DNA of 45,642 nt from Mollicutes bacterium (GTDB lineage Bacteria; Bacillota_I; Bacilli_A; RFN20; CAG-826): NCBI GenBank assembly GCA_022780025.1, contig JALEXS010000036.1, positions 1-45,642 on the forward strand, in the 5' to 3' direction. Position 1 is the stretch's first letter. Each line of letters starts with the position of its first letter. The notes under the pieces were generated by a model that had not been told where the DNA came from, searched no databases, and worked only from the letters and a program-made list of their open reading frames with translations. The position numbers were made by a program, and so were the translations under genes. Below are positions 1-9,978 of this stretch, piece by piece.

Positions 1-63
1 CCTGTAGAATTTAGAAAACAAACATTTGCTGTTTGAATATAAGTAAAAATTTTGGGGTTCACA
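1..63 (+). mobile_element. Probable 3' end of an IS3-family (IS150-like) element: transposase C-terminus plus right inverted repeat
   Basis: Frame +1 reads PVEFRKQTFAV-TGA (1-36), like the IS3 OrfB C-terminal SPxEYR motif. It is followed by AAAAATTTTGGGGTTCACA, resembling IS150-group right ends. Truncated by the window edge. Confidence 0.5.
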
Positions 64-211
64 GGGGTTTTGCAAGGTTATTTATAAAATAAACGAGTTT
101 TTGAATATTTTTTTATTTTTAAAAACTTTAAATATTTTATATATAACTCTTATAAAAATATTATAAACCTAATTAATATTAATCTCACTTTAATTATTAA
201 TTGTTATTAAA

Positions 212-254
212 AAAAGACTAATTAAATCTATAATTTAGAAATAATTAGTCTTTT
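212..254 (-). terminator. Intrinsic terminator after the lipoprotein pair
   Basis: Inverted repeat AAAAGACTAATTA...TAATTAGTCTTTT, with a T-tract on the minus strand just after the stop at 270. Confidence 0.75.
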
Positions 255-269
255 AAATTTTAATTACAT

Positions 270-1064
270 TTAAGCTTTTTCACTATAATTACTAGGATTT
301 AATTTAGTTCCACTATATTCTTGATAAGTATCATAAGAATAATTAAATGTTGATACTGAATAATTATAATTTGTATTATCCATTAAACTATATAAAATTG
401 TTGATTTACTTTTAATAATTTTATTATTTTTAATAGTTAAATAATCTTCTCTTTCATATTTAACAACAACAGTTTTACTACTATATTGTTCATATATTAA
501 ATATAATTTAACTTCTCCATCTTTAGATAAATCTACATCATGATAGTTATATTCAAATTTATATTTTATTGATTCATTTGAATCAATAAAATTCTTACAA
601 ACATCATATCCACCACCAAAATAAGCTCTAGAAAATCCAACACTTAAATTATCTTCACTAAAGTTTTCATCGTACTTAGCATATATTACATAATTATTTG
701 GATCATCTTTCCCATAATCTCTAATTAAATAAAACTTATTATCTTTAATACCTACTTCTTCAGTACCATTAATTTTATCAGCATCTCCATAAGTTTGAAC
801 AAAATCAGCCTTAACAAAGTTATCTTTATATCTAATCTTTGTATTATCTTCTTTTACTGTAACAGTAATTGCTCCATAATAATTTTCATCAGTTTGAGTA
901 CCTTCTTTTTTAGAACAATCATCACTTAAAGATATTAATTTGTTTTTAAATTTAGTAATAAACTGTTCTTCTGTTTCAGGTATCTCTTCTTTATTCTTAT
1001 TACAAGAAGCTAAGAAATTAATAGATATTAAAGAAGTTAATAATAATAAATACTTATATTTCAT
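270..1064 (-). CDS. Lipoprotein of unknown function
   Basis: Start moved to ATG 1064 (MKYKYLLL), just after the upstream stop at 1069; lipobox FLASC; beta-rich, Tyr-rich mature region. Confidence 0.8.
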   Translation of the reverse strand: MKYKYLLLLTSLISINFLASCNKNKEEIPETEEQFITKFKNKLISLSDDCSKKEGTQTDENYYGAITVTVKEDNTKIRYKDNFVKADFVQTYGDADKINGTEEVGIKDNKFYLIRDYGKDDPNNYVIYAKYDENFSEDNLSVGFSRAYFGGGYDVCKNFIDSNESIKYKFEYNYHDVDLSKDGEVKLYLIYEQYSSKTVVVKYEREDYLTIKNNKIIKSKSTILYSLMDNTNYNYSVSTFNYSYDTYQEYSGTKLNPSNYSEKA

Positions 1065-1068
1065 ATTA

Positions 1069-2907
1069 TTAAGCCTCAATATAAAATCTATGGACATAAT
1101 CAGTTAAATTAACACTTAAAGTAATTAATTCACCATCTAAAGTAATTTCTCCTTCAGTATATCCAAAACTTGAGTTTTCTGAAGTAATATTTATATTAAA
1201 TGTAGTTCCACTAATACTATAAGTAAACTCTGTACTACTTATTAATTCATTAGTATCTCTATTATAATATTCAATAGTTCCATTAGTTTTACTACTAAAT
1301 TTCATAACTCCATCAAATCTATCATATATACTCTTATATCTATAAGTACTACTTAATACCTTATTAACTAATTCTTCATCAGTTAATTTAACTTTAATAG
1401 TATAAGTAACGCTTACTTTAATATCAGGATTAGATTCACTATAAAAAGTAATTACTAAATCTTTACTTTCTTTAATATCATTAACACTTAATTGATAATT
1501 AATAAATCCTTTACCTTCTTCAACTTTATTAATAGTAGCTAAAGAATCATCACTTAATTTAACTTTAATATCATTATAATCAACACCATTTACACTAGGA
1601 TATACATTAACTCTTAACTTATTATAAGTAGTATTAGTAAATATAACTTTATTTTTATTTCCACTAATAACACCACTATAAGTATCAGTAAATGTTAATT
1701 TAGTTAATTTAGGTCTAGCTACTTTAACACTTACATTAAAACTAATTCCAGTATTACTTTCTAATACAATATTAGCATCACCAAAATCTTTAATATATAA
1801 AGCATCTCCACTTAATTCATAACTAGTTTCATTATCTATAGATTTAACACTCATTGTTAAATCTATTGCTTTACTAGGACTATAAGATTTAGCTTCAAAT
1901 TTAATATATTTCTCAATAGGTAAAGCATCAAATTCGCAGTATATCTTTTGACCATTATCAAAATAATATGCACTAACTTCTTTAACTTCAGTTAAATAAT
2001 AATTCATTGGATCAGGACGAGATTCACCTAAAGTAGTTGAACTAGTTCTATCTTCATAACTTACTTCATAACTATAATTAACATTAACTTCATATTTATC
2101 ATTATCACCTCTAGTTTCACCAGTATAACTAGAGTAATTACTACTAATAAATCTACCTAAATTATCAAAATTAACTTCAAAAGAATAACTAATTTTAGTA
2201 TTTATTCCTTCTTCAGTATAACTATAAGAATAATCTGTTAATGAATAAGTAAGAAAATTATTATCTTTAATAATTTTTTTAGCCTTAATATTAGCTCCAC
2301 TAGCATTTAAATCAATATTATTAACTAAATTAGAATCAATAAAATTAGATGTATATAAACTAGCTTGCTTTGATAATTGACCAGGAACACTTTTTTCAAG
2401 TAAATAACTTAATCCATCTTCACTATTACTACCATTTTTATAAACAGGTAATTGAGAAGAGGAATCAACCCAAGTAGAAGCTTCTGTTCCATTTTTTTCA
2501 TAATCAGTAATTAAAAAGAACGCTCTAAAAGTATCTGTAGAAGATTCACTATTTCTATAAGTACCAACAGTAGCAAATTTTAAATAATTATCACTAATAG
2601 TTTTATTTTCTTTTTTATAAGTTAAACTTCTAGTTCCATTAGATATAGTCATCTCATCATTATAAATAGTAGTTTCTTCATCAATAACTTCTTTAGATGA
2701 TGTTTTATCTATTACTTCTTTATATTTAACTTTATTAGAACTATTAACCTCTAATTCATAAGCACTACTTAATTTATTAATAACTTCATCTAAAGCTACT
2801 GAAGTTTCTTTATTATCACCATTATTATTTTCTTCGTTTCTACAAGAAAATAATGAAATAGAAACTAAGCTCATTACTGGTAAAATTATTGCTCTTTTTA
2901 AATTCAT
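1069..2907 (-). CDS. Lipoprotein (N-terminal beta-sheet domain, Ig-like segments, C-terminal beta domain)
   Basis: 612 aa; SD AGGAGGAGG upstream; lipobox LFSC; architecture parallels 2988..5171. Confidence 0.85.
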   Translation of the reverse strand: MNLKRAIILPVMSLVSISLFSCRNEENNNGDNKETSVALDEVINKLSSAYELEVNSSNKVKYKEVIDKTSSKEVIDEETTIYNDEMTISNGTRSLTYKKENKTISDNYLKFATVGTYRNSESSTDTFRAFFLITDYEKNGTEASTWVDSSSQLPVYKNGSNSEDGLSYLLEKSVPGQLSKQASLYTSNFIDSNLVNNIDLNASGANIKAKKIIKDNNFLTYSLTDYSYSYTEEGINTKISYSFEVNFDNLGRFISSNYSSYTGETRGDNDKYEVNVNYSYEVSYEDRTSSTTLGESRPDPMNYYLTEVKEVSAYYFDNGQKIYCEFDALPIEKYIKFEAKSYSPSKAIDLTMSVKSIDNETSYELSGDALYIKDFGDANIVLESNTGISFNVSVKVARPKLTKLTFTDTYSGVISGNKNKVIFTNTTYNKLRVNVYPSVNGVDYNDIKVKLSDDSLATINKVEEGKGFINYQLSVNDIKESKDLVITFYSESNPDIKVSVTYTIKVKLTDEELVNKVLSSTYRYKSIYDRFDGVMKFSSKTNGTIEYYNRDTNELISSTEFTYSISGTTFNINITSENSSFGYTEGEITLDGELITLSVNLTDYVHRFYIEA

Positions 2908-2928
2908 AAATCCTCCTCCTATCTAGCC

Positions 2929-2955
2929 AAAAGACACGAATAAATCGTGCCTTTT
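2929..2955 (-). terminator. Terminator/stabiliser hairpin
   Basis: Minus strand AAAAGGCACGA-TTTAT-TCGTGTCTTTT; the G.U pair forms only on the minus strand. Confidence 0.7.
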
Positions 2956-2987
2956 AGTTTAACATATTTTCTTAATTAAAATCGATA

Positions 2988-5171
2988 TTAACTTGGCTTT
3001 GTTGCATCGTCAAGATTTGCGATTCTGTCCATATATTTGATTGTACAGCCTTTATCTGATCCTCTATATAAGAATTTTAATGATAAAGTTGTGTTACTTG
3101 TAGCTTGAACATCTGTAACAGTGTAAGAATCTACAGTTAATGCATCTCCACTAGTAGGAGTAATTGTAAATGTAAAGTCAGCATTAATTACATATGTAAA
3201 TGTTACTTGTGGATTTGTAGTTGGTTTTGGTTTACCACTTTGAGATGCAATATATGATCCAGTGCCATCTTCATTAAAGTTTATCCATCCACAATCAGTT
3301 GTGTATTGTTTACTTTGAACAAAAATTGTATGGGTTGTAATAAATGCTTTTACGCCTTCAACTGTAGGTTTTTTACAAAGATTTACATAAATTGTTTTAG
3401 TTTTAGCTGCATCTTCAGTACTTGTTGCTTTAATTCCGATCTCGCCTTCTGCAGTTGGTGTAACGTAATATCCGTCTTCTTTCTTTTCTAATGTAGCTAA
3501 TTCACTACCTTTAACTAATTCTACAGTACAATCTTGAGGTGCTAAAGAAGGTAAAATAGCTGTATTAACTTTTTGAGCACCATCTTCAATAAAGAAAGTT
3601 GAACCGCCATTTCCTAAAGTTAAAGTCATTTCATTAATAACTGGAGCTTCAGAAGTTACTTTAATTTCTTTCATATCACCTTTACCATTATCGAATAATA
3701 ATGTAAGATCGCCTAATTTATTTACTGTAAATGTTTTATCTTTTTCATTATAAGCTAAGCCACCTTCTTCAACTGATCCGACAAGTTGTGGTTCAACTAA
3801 TGGTGAACCTTTAACATTACTTAAATAAGGATATAAAGTTGAATTTCCAACAACTACATTATTTTCATCAACATCATACTTTTTATATTCTTTATATTTA
3901 ATGTATTGTAAATTAACATCATATTCAGTAGTAAATAATTTATCAAAGTCTAATTCACATTCACCTTGATTTTTATCAGCTGCTCTATTATAAACTAATT
4001 CATAGTTATATTCGGTATATTTTAAAACAGCATCTTCTTTTAAAACATTATTTGTTCTATCTAAACCACTACTATAATAATCATTTTTAAATGATAAAGA
4101 ATGTAAGAAATTATCGCCGTCAATACTAAACTTTAATGTATAAACATGGCATGAAGTATTAATAGTGCTTGTACTTGTTATACCACTCATTTCAACACTA
4201 TAAGTTTTGCCATCTTCGGCTAATGTAGGTTCACTAATTTTAATTGTTTCTGGAATCATAGTTGTCGAATAGAAAACTATATCACTATTTTCACCAAAAG
4301 CTTTATTGACAATACTTTCTAAATAGCCAGTTGATTGTGTATAAGCAATTGCTTCATCTTCGCTCATTGATCCAATACCGTTATAAGTTTCACCTTCTTT
4401 TAAAATTTTATTAGTTTTTACAGAAGTGCTAGTTGTTGGGTCAGATGATGGTGAATTATCACCAAATCTTGTGGTACGTTGATTATAGTTAAATGTATAA
4501 GCTTTACCTGGTATATAACCTTTTGTAGTGGTTTCTCTACTAAAGCCATTAGAGCCACCTTCACTTGTCCAACTATCTAAAGTAATAAAGTTATTATAAA
4601 CTTTTGCTTCATTAACTTGATGAGTTTTACTAGAACCATTATCAGCATCATAAGTTAAAGTAGCACTCTTTAATTTTTCTGCTTCAACTTCAGTAGCCAT
4701 ACGAAGTTGCATTGCTGCCCAATCTACTTTTTCAGCTACTTCTCCATCTTTGTTAAACTCAAGAGCGGTCAAGTCAACTGGAGTAACTTCATCTGCTGGT
4801 TCAACATATGGAGCATCTTTTTCAGCTACTTTAATAGTGACATTACTCTCTGGCATTGTGAAAGTATATTGAGCATCAGTTTTAACTAATGCTATTTCTT
4901 TTAAACCATCATAAAAAACTTTTACATAATCTAAAACATAGTCTGCACTATCACTTACAACATCAAAAGTAATAGTAGTTCCTGCTTCAACTTTGTCAGT
5001 AACATTTAAATTTTGCACTTTCAAATGAGTTGCATTTAATGTTTCGACTGCATATTTTGTTGCTTCTGGTTCAGGTATTGGTGGGCAAACTTGATTACCA
5101 CAGCTAGTTAAACCGCCAAAAGTCATAAAGGACGTTGCTAATAACGTTAAAAATAAATTTCTTTTTCTCAT
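2988..5171 (-). CDS. Lipoprotein with divergent InlB B-repeat (Flg_new-like) and Big_2-like domains
   Basis: Lipobox LTSC; YTFTMPESNVTI motif; ILPSLAPQ...GEIGIKATS Big_2-like motif; SD AAGGGGG. Confidence 0.85.
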   Translation of the reverse strand: MRKRNLFLTLLATSFMTFGGLTSCGNQVCPPIPEPEATKYAVETLNATHLKVQNLNVTDKVEAGTTITFDVVSDSADYVLDYVKVFYDGLKEIALVKTDAQYTFTMPESNVTIKVAEKDAPYVEPADEVTPVDLTALEFNKDGEVAEKVDWAAMQLRMATEVEAEKLKSATLTYDADNGSSKTHQVNEAKVYNNFITLDSWTSEGGSNGFSRETTTKGYIPGKAYTFNYNQRTTRFGDNSPSSDPTTSTSVKTNKILKEGETYNGIGSMSEDEAIAYTQSTGYLESIVNKAFGENSDIVFYSTTMIPETIKISEPTLAEDGKTYSVEMSGITSTSTINTSCHVYTLKFSIDGDNFLHSLSFKNDYYSSGLDRTNNVLKEDAVLKYTEYNYELVYNRAADKNQGECELDFDKLFTTEYDVNLQYIKYKEYKKYDVDENNVVVGNSTLYPYLSNVKGSPLVEPQLVGSVEEGGLAYNEKDKTFTVNKLGDLTLLFDNGKGDMKEIKVTSEAPVINEMTLTLGNGGSTFFIEDGAQKVNTAILPSLAPQDCTVELVKGSELATLEKKEDGYYVTPTAEGEIGIKATSTEDAAKTKTIYVNLCKKPTVEGVKAFITTHTIFVQSKQYTTDCGWINFNEDGTGSYIASQSGKPKPTTNPQVTFTYVINADFTFTITPTSGDALTVDSYTVTDVQATSNTTLSLKFLYRGSDKGCTIKYMDRIANLDDATKPS

Positions 5172-5368
5172 AAATCCCCCTTAAAAAGTAATCAATCGTT
5201 AATCTTTGATAACTTGTTAACTATTTTATATCGTTTATTTATCTTTTTTTGATTTGTTTTTATCGTTAATATTGCATTAATAAAAATTAAAAAATAACGA
5301 TTAAATCATTTATTTTTGTAATTATTTAATCTTAAATATAGCTAATAAATAATGGTATTTTTATAAAT

Positions 5369-7330
5369 TTACGCAATTCTAATAGTTAAAATACAATAAT
5401 ATCCGTAATAATCAACTAATTCTAAATTAACATTTATGTCATTGAACTTATAATTATCTTCATCTACTTTCGTATAATTTGCTTTAATTAAATCATTTTT
5501 ATAATTATTTATAGTTTCTTTAACAAGAGTTTCACTAGCTTCTTCATCGAATTTAATAAAGATTGATAAAGATTTTTCAGTTATACTACTTGGATCAAGA
5601 GAAATATTTAAAGCATTTTTAAAGAAAGGTAAATTATAATCTTTTCCTAATAAATTAGTTAAAGCATTATCGATTTGTTCGTCATAATCTTTCTAGCTAT
5701 TAAAATCAGTAAAGACATATTGAGTATTTTTTACTTCATAAAATAATGAATATTTATTACTCATATCATCATATAAAATAGATAAATTAATTCGATAATT
5801 ATTAGATTCATTTGTATATGTATATGTTTTATTTTCGTTATCTAAAAACGTTAACTTATATCCTTTATTAATTAATAAAGTTCTATAATCATTTAATATA
5901 TTATTAACAACTTCAATATCACTAATTAAATCAGTAAAAATTGTTATTAATCCAGTCTTTCTATTTAATGTATAATCATAAGTTATTCCATCTAAATAAG
6001 GTAAAGAATTAACGTCAATCATTACTTTATTAAATTCATCTTTATAACTATTATTATATTCATAAAACCCTTCTAAAGGTGTATATTTTGTTGCATTTTG
6101 AGTATCCAGGTTCATTATTTTATTATTTAAATCTTTAAAAATATATGTCAATTCACCATTTAATAAGCCTAGTAAAGAATACTCTAAATGTAACTCTAAA
6201 TTATTATCTTTATTAAATAATAAATATACACTTCCATCAATTGCGTTTTGTCCTTTATAATCACTAATGACTTCTTTAGTAAAATCATTACTAATTCCAT
6301 AAGGTAAATAATATTTATTATCTAATTTAGTAAATATTGCACTAGAAAAATTAAATGTAGGTACATCTACTTTAATTCCTTTATAAAATCTTTTCATTTC
6401 TTTAACATTATTTAATGAATCGATATCATAATATGACATTGTATTATCACTATTATATTTATAAAAAGATTTTACTAATATTTCATTATTATTATCATCA
6501 AAATCAATCTGCTCACTATAATAACTATCTTTATTATATTTATATAATGAATTTAATATAATTTCACCACTATACATTGAATCTATTACTTCTACTGTAT
6601 AATTGTTATTAGTCTTTATATTATTAAAAAAGTCTTCTAATTCCGTATATTTATTATCTAATTTAGAAATTACTTTGACATTATTTTTATTAACATCACT
6701 AACTTTTAAATAATATTCACTCATTACTTTAACACTATTTATTTCATATTCATCAGATACAATTTGAATTGTATCTAATGAATTATCTTTAAAATTAAAT
6801 ATAACCTTATTAACATCTAAATCATCATAAGTAATATGATATACTAAATCATTTTTATATTTACCAATATATTCATAACTATTATTACCATTATTTTTAA
6901 AATCTAATTTATTATTAATATAACTAGTAAAAGGACTTACTAAAAAAGAATCTTTATATAAAACTAATTCATCATTATAGTCATAAACAAATTTATGATC
7001 TATTTCGTTATTAATAGTTAAATAATCTTCATTAACATATCCATTATCATCTTTAGAATAATAATATTCATAATTAACAAAATTATCTTTATTATCATAA
7101 GATTAATAATATGCTTTATCTAATCCAATACTTGTAATACATTGATATTCAATTACTTCATTAGATTCTAATAATGTAATTGTATTATATCCAGTATATG
7201 TAATAGAAGTAATCTTATCTTCAATTAATTTATCAATTGGATCAATTTTATTAACATCTTCTTTATTACATGAAATTAATACACTAGATAAGCTAATAAT
7301 TAGTGAATATAAAATAAATTTAGTCTTCAT
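5369..7330 (-). pseudogene. Lipoprotein gene (654 codons) interrupted by two in-frame stops
   Basis: ORFs 7103..7330 and 5693..6724 share one frame. Reading through TAA (7103-7105) and TAG (5693-5695) gives continuous sequence to TAA at 5369-5371. Lipobox LISC; SD AAGGAG. Confidence 0.8.
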
Positions 7331-7393
7331 AAATTCTCCTTTTATACATTATATATATAAAATAAAAATTGACATTAAATAATTACATGAAAA

Positions 7394-7414
7394 AAAGTAG
7401 TTATTCACTACTTT
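7394..7414 (-). terminator. Intrinsic terminator at the end of the opp operon
   Basis: AAAGTAGT-TATTC-ACTACTTT overlapping the stop codon, followed by a T-run on the minus strand. Confidence 0.6.
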
Positions 7415-8273
7415 ATTCTTTTATTTTAATTGTTTTATCGATGTTACCATCAACTTCAATTACTTGATTTAATAAGAATTTACAATGCATATCATATGTA
7501 TTTTCAGATTCTTTTGATTCATATGTACCATCATAAATTAAATTAGTAATTACATTTTTATCATTAAATGAACAAGTAACATTACAATCAAAGATAATTT
7601 GTTGATAAGTAAATTGAACTGTTCCTTTTAAAGAAATTTCATCTTTTTTACTAATAAAATAAGTTTTATTATTAATACTATTAATAAAATCAGTAGTTGC
7701 TCGATTATTACTAATAGAATTATTAATCATATTAGCTAATCCGCTTTGATAAGAGGAAATAGTTTTTTCATTATTAATAGTTTGAGTTTTAAACTCTTCA
7801 TTTTTATAAGTATTAGTAATTAAAGTTTTATCTTCTTTATTAAGATAATTTTCTTCAAAAGTTCCACTTATTTCTTCACCTGGATTATTAGTAGATTTAT
7901 CAGTTATTTGACTAATACTTTCTTGATAACTATAAAGATCATCTTTATTAGAATCACCTAAAAATCCAAAGTAAGTAATTTGAGTAAAATCAAACTTAGT
8001 GTCTTTACCTTGTTCATCTTTAGTGTTAGATAAAATAGATAATTTAACGCCTTGTTTAAAAAATAACCTTGCAGAACTAAGCTCTTTTTCTTTATTTTCA
8101 TTAAAATAATTATTAAAATCTTCTTCAGTAATATCTTTCTTTTTATCTATTTTATTAACTAAATAATCTTTAAAATTAGAGCGAGCTAAAATCTTATTAG
8201 TTTCTTTTTTATCACAAGAAACTAATGTAAAAATTGAAAAAAGAATTAATACTAATGTTAGCTTTTTATTCAT
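7413..8273 (-). CDS. Lipoprotein of unknown function coupled to oppF
   Basis: Likely start ATG 8273 (MNKKLTLV), overlapping the oppF end; lipobox LVSC. Confidence 0.8.
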   Translation of the reverse strand: MNKKLTLVLILFSIFTLVSCDKKETNKILARSNFKDYLVNKIDKKKDITEEDFNNYFNENKEKELSSARLFFKQGVKLSILSNTKDEQGKDTKFDFTQITYFGFLGDSNKDDLYSYQESISQITDKSTNNPGEEISGTFEENYLNKEDKTLITNTYKNEEFKTQTINNEKTISSYQSGLANMINNSISNNRATTDFINSINNKTYFISKKDEISLKGTVQFTYQQIIFDCNVTCSFNDKNVITNLIYDGTYESKESENTYDMHCKFLLNQVIEVDGNIDKTIKIKE

Positions 8274-9978
8274 TATTATTTTTTCCTTCATCTAATTCAA
8301 TGATTTCTTTCTTATATTTATTAACTTCTTCAGTATTAGCCAAAATGAAATGTCCTGGAACAATTTCAACTAATTTAGGCTTTTCAACACTATAATCATG
8401 TGCCTTACTTGGTTCGTAAATTATACGTTTTCTATTTTTCTCTGAAATTGGATTTGGTTTAGGAATTGCACTTAATAAGCTCTTAGTATATGGATGAAGT
8501 GGATGTTTAAATAATTCATCACTACTAGCAAGTTCAACAATTTCGCCAAAATACATAACAGCAATACGATCACAGAAATATTTAACAACACTTAAATCGT
8601 GAGCAATAAACATAATTGTTAAGCCCATTTCTTCTTTTAAATCATTAAGTAAGTTAATAATTTGAGCTCTAATAGAAACATCTAAAGCACTAATTGGTTC
8701 ATCACAAATTAATAATCGTGGATTCATAATTAAAGCACGAGCAATACCGATTCTTTGGCGTTGGCCACCACTAAATTCATGTGGATAACGGTTAGCATAG
8801 TCAGCGATTAAACCAACCTTTTCTAATACTTCAACAACTTTCTTATGATTTTCTTCTCTATTATGATGTCCTTGAATTTTTAAACCTTCTTGAATAATAT
8901 CTTCAACAGTCATTCTTGGATCTAAAGAATCGATTGGATCTTGGAAAATCATTTGAATTTCACTCATGACTTTCTTATTATCTTTCTTTAATGGCTCTAA
9001 GATTTTATTGATTTCTTCAATCTTTTCATCTCTAGTCTCAACTAATTGAGCCATCTTTTGATTATGAGTTTCTTCATCTAAATTAGATTTATCTAATTCT
9101 AAAGAATTCTTTTTAAATTCTTCGTTGATATCTTTTAATTTAGCTTTTAAAATCTTGATTTTATCACCATTATTAGTTAATTTAGGAGCGTTCTTTTGAT
9201 CATATTTAATTTGCTTAATTTTAGCTTTTTGAACACGAACAATTTCATTACGTTTTGCTTCTTCTTTTTCTAAATTAAGCATTAAAATACTTTCTTTAGC
9301 TAAATAAGCATTTTCTAAATTGGTTTTACATTCATCTAATTGATGTTTAACTTCTTCTTGAGTTAATTTGCCTTCTTTTAAAGATGCTTCTAATTCTTTA
9401 ACTTTAAGAGCATAGGCATCTTTATTTGCTTTTTTAAGATCAGCAAGTTCTTTTTTAACACTCTTTTTATATTGATTAAATCTAATATTAGTAAATTTTA
9501 TTTCTTTTTCGTTCCATCTACTACCAGCACTAATTCGATAGCCATTATAGTAAACTGAACCACTAGTAATATCATAAAGTCTAATAATACTACGACCAGT
9601 TGTAGTTTTACCACATCCTGATTCACCAACAACGCCAAAACATTCACCTTCTTTTATTTGGAAAGAAATGTCATGGACTGCTTTAATCTTATATTTTTTA
9701 GGTCCTTTTCCGAAGAAAAAGAATTGTTTTAAATGATTAACACTTAATAAAACATGATTTTGTACTAATTCTTCTTTATAAGTACATTTACTAGTAATAT
9801 TTTTAATTTGTTCTTCTAAAGGAAGTTCACTTAAAGGGTTAATTTCGCTATCACTAGGTGGTACATGTTCACTATATTCATTAGAAGAATCAATTCTATT
9901 TTCATCTAAAACATCTGCTATTTCTTTAATAGCTTTACCTTCATCGGTGTTAGATATAGGATTTTTATTCTCCTTCAT
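8266..9978 (-). CDS. oppF: Oligopeptide ABC transporter ATPase with long charged insertion
   Basis: Walker A GESGCGKTT, QMIFQDP, YPHEFSGGQRQR, ICDEPISALD, HPLHPYT. Confidence 0.93.
   Translation of the reverse strand: MKENKNPISNTDEGKAIKEIADVLDENRIDSSNEYSEHVPPSDSEINPLSELPLEEQIKNITSKCTYKEELVQNHVLLSVNHLKQFFFFGKGPKKYKIKAVHDISFQIKEGECFGVVGESGCGKTTTGRSIIRLYDITSGSVYYNGYRISAGSRWNEKEIKFTNIRFNQYKKSVKKELADLKKANKDAYALKVKELEASLKEGKLTQEEVKHQLDECKTNLENAYLAKESILMLNLEKEEAKRNEIVRVQKAKIKQIKYDQKNAPKLTNNGDKIKILKAKLKDINEEFKKNSLELDKSNLDEETHNQKMAQLVETRDEKIEEINKILEPLKKDNKKVMSEIQMIFQDPIDSLDPRMTVEDIIQEGLKIQGHHNREENHKKVVEVLEKVGLIADYANRYPHEFSGGQRQRIGIARALIMNPRLLICDEPISALDVSIRAQIINLLNDLKEEMGLTIMFIAHDLSVVKYFCDRIAVMYFGEIVELASSDELFKHPLHPYTKSLLSAIPKPNPISEKNRKRIIYEPSKAHDYSVEKPKLVEIVPGHFILANTEEVNKYKKEIIELDEGKNNNE

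Noticed and set aside
1-120. CRISPR leader or first repeat (TTCTAC-like motif on the minus strand)
   Set aside because: No repeated unit and no cas genes; an IS3 end explains it better
3306-4889. Short plus-strand ORFs 3306..3491 and 4707..4889
   Set aside because: Antisense shadows of a well-supported lipoprotein gene, with non-ATG starts
5693-7105. Genome-wide TAA/TAG recoding
   Set aside because: TAA ends most genes and TAG ends 24388..26634; only one gene is interrupted
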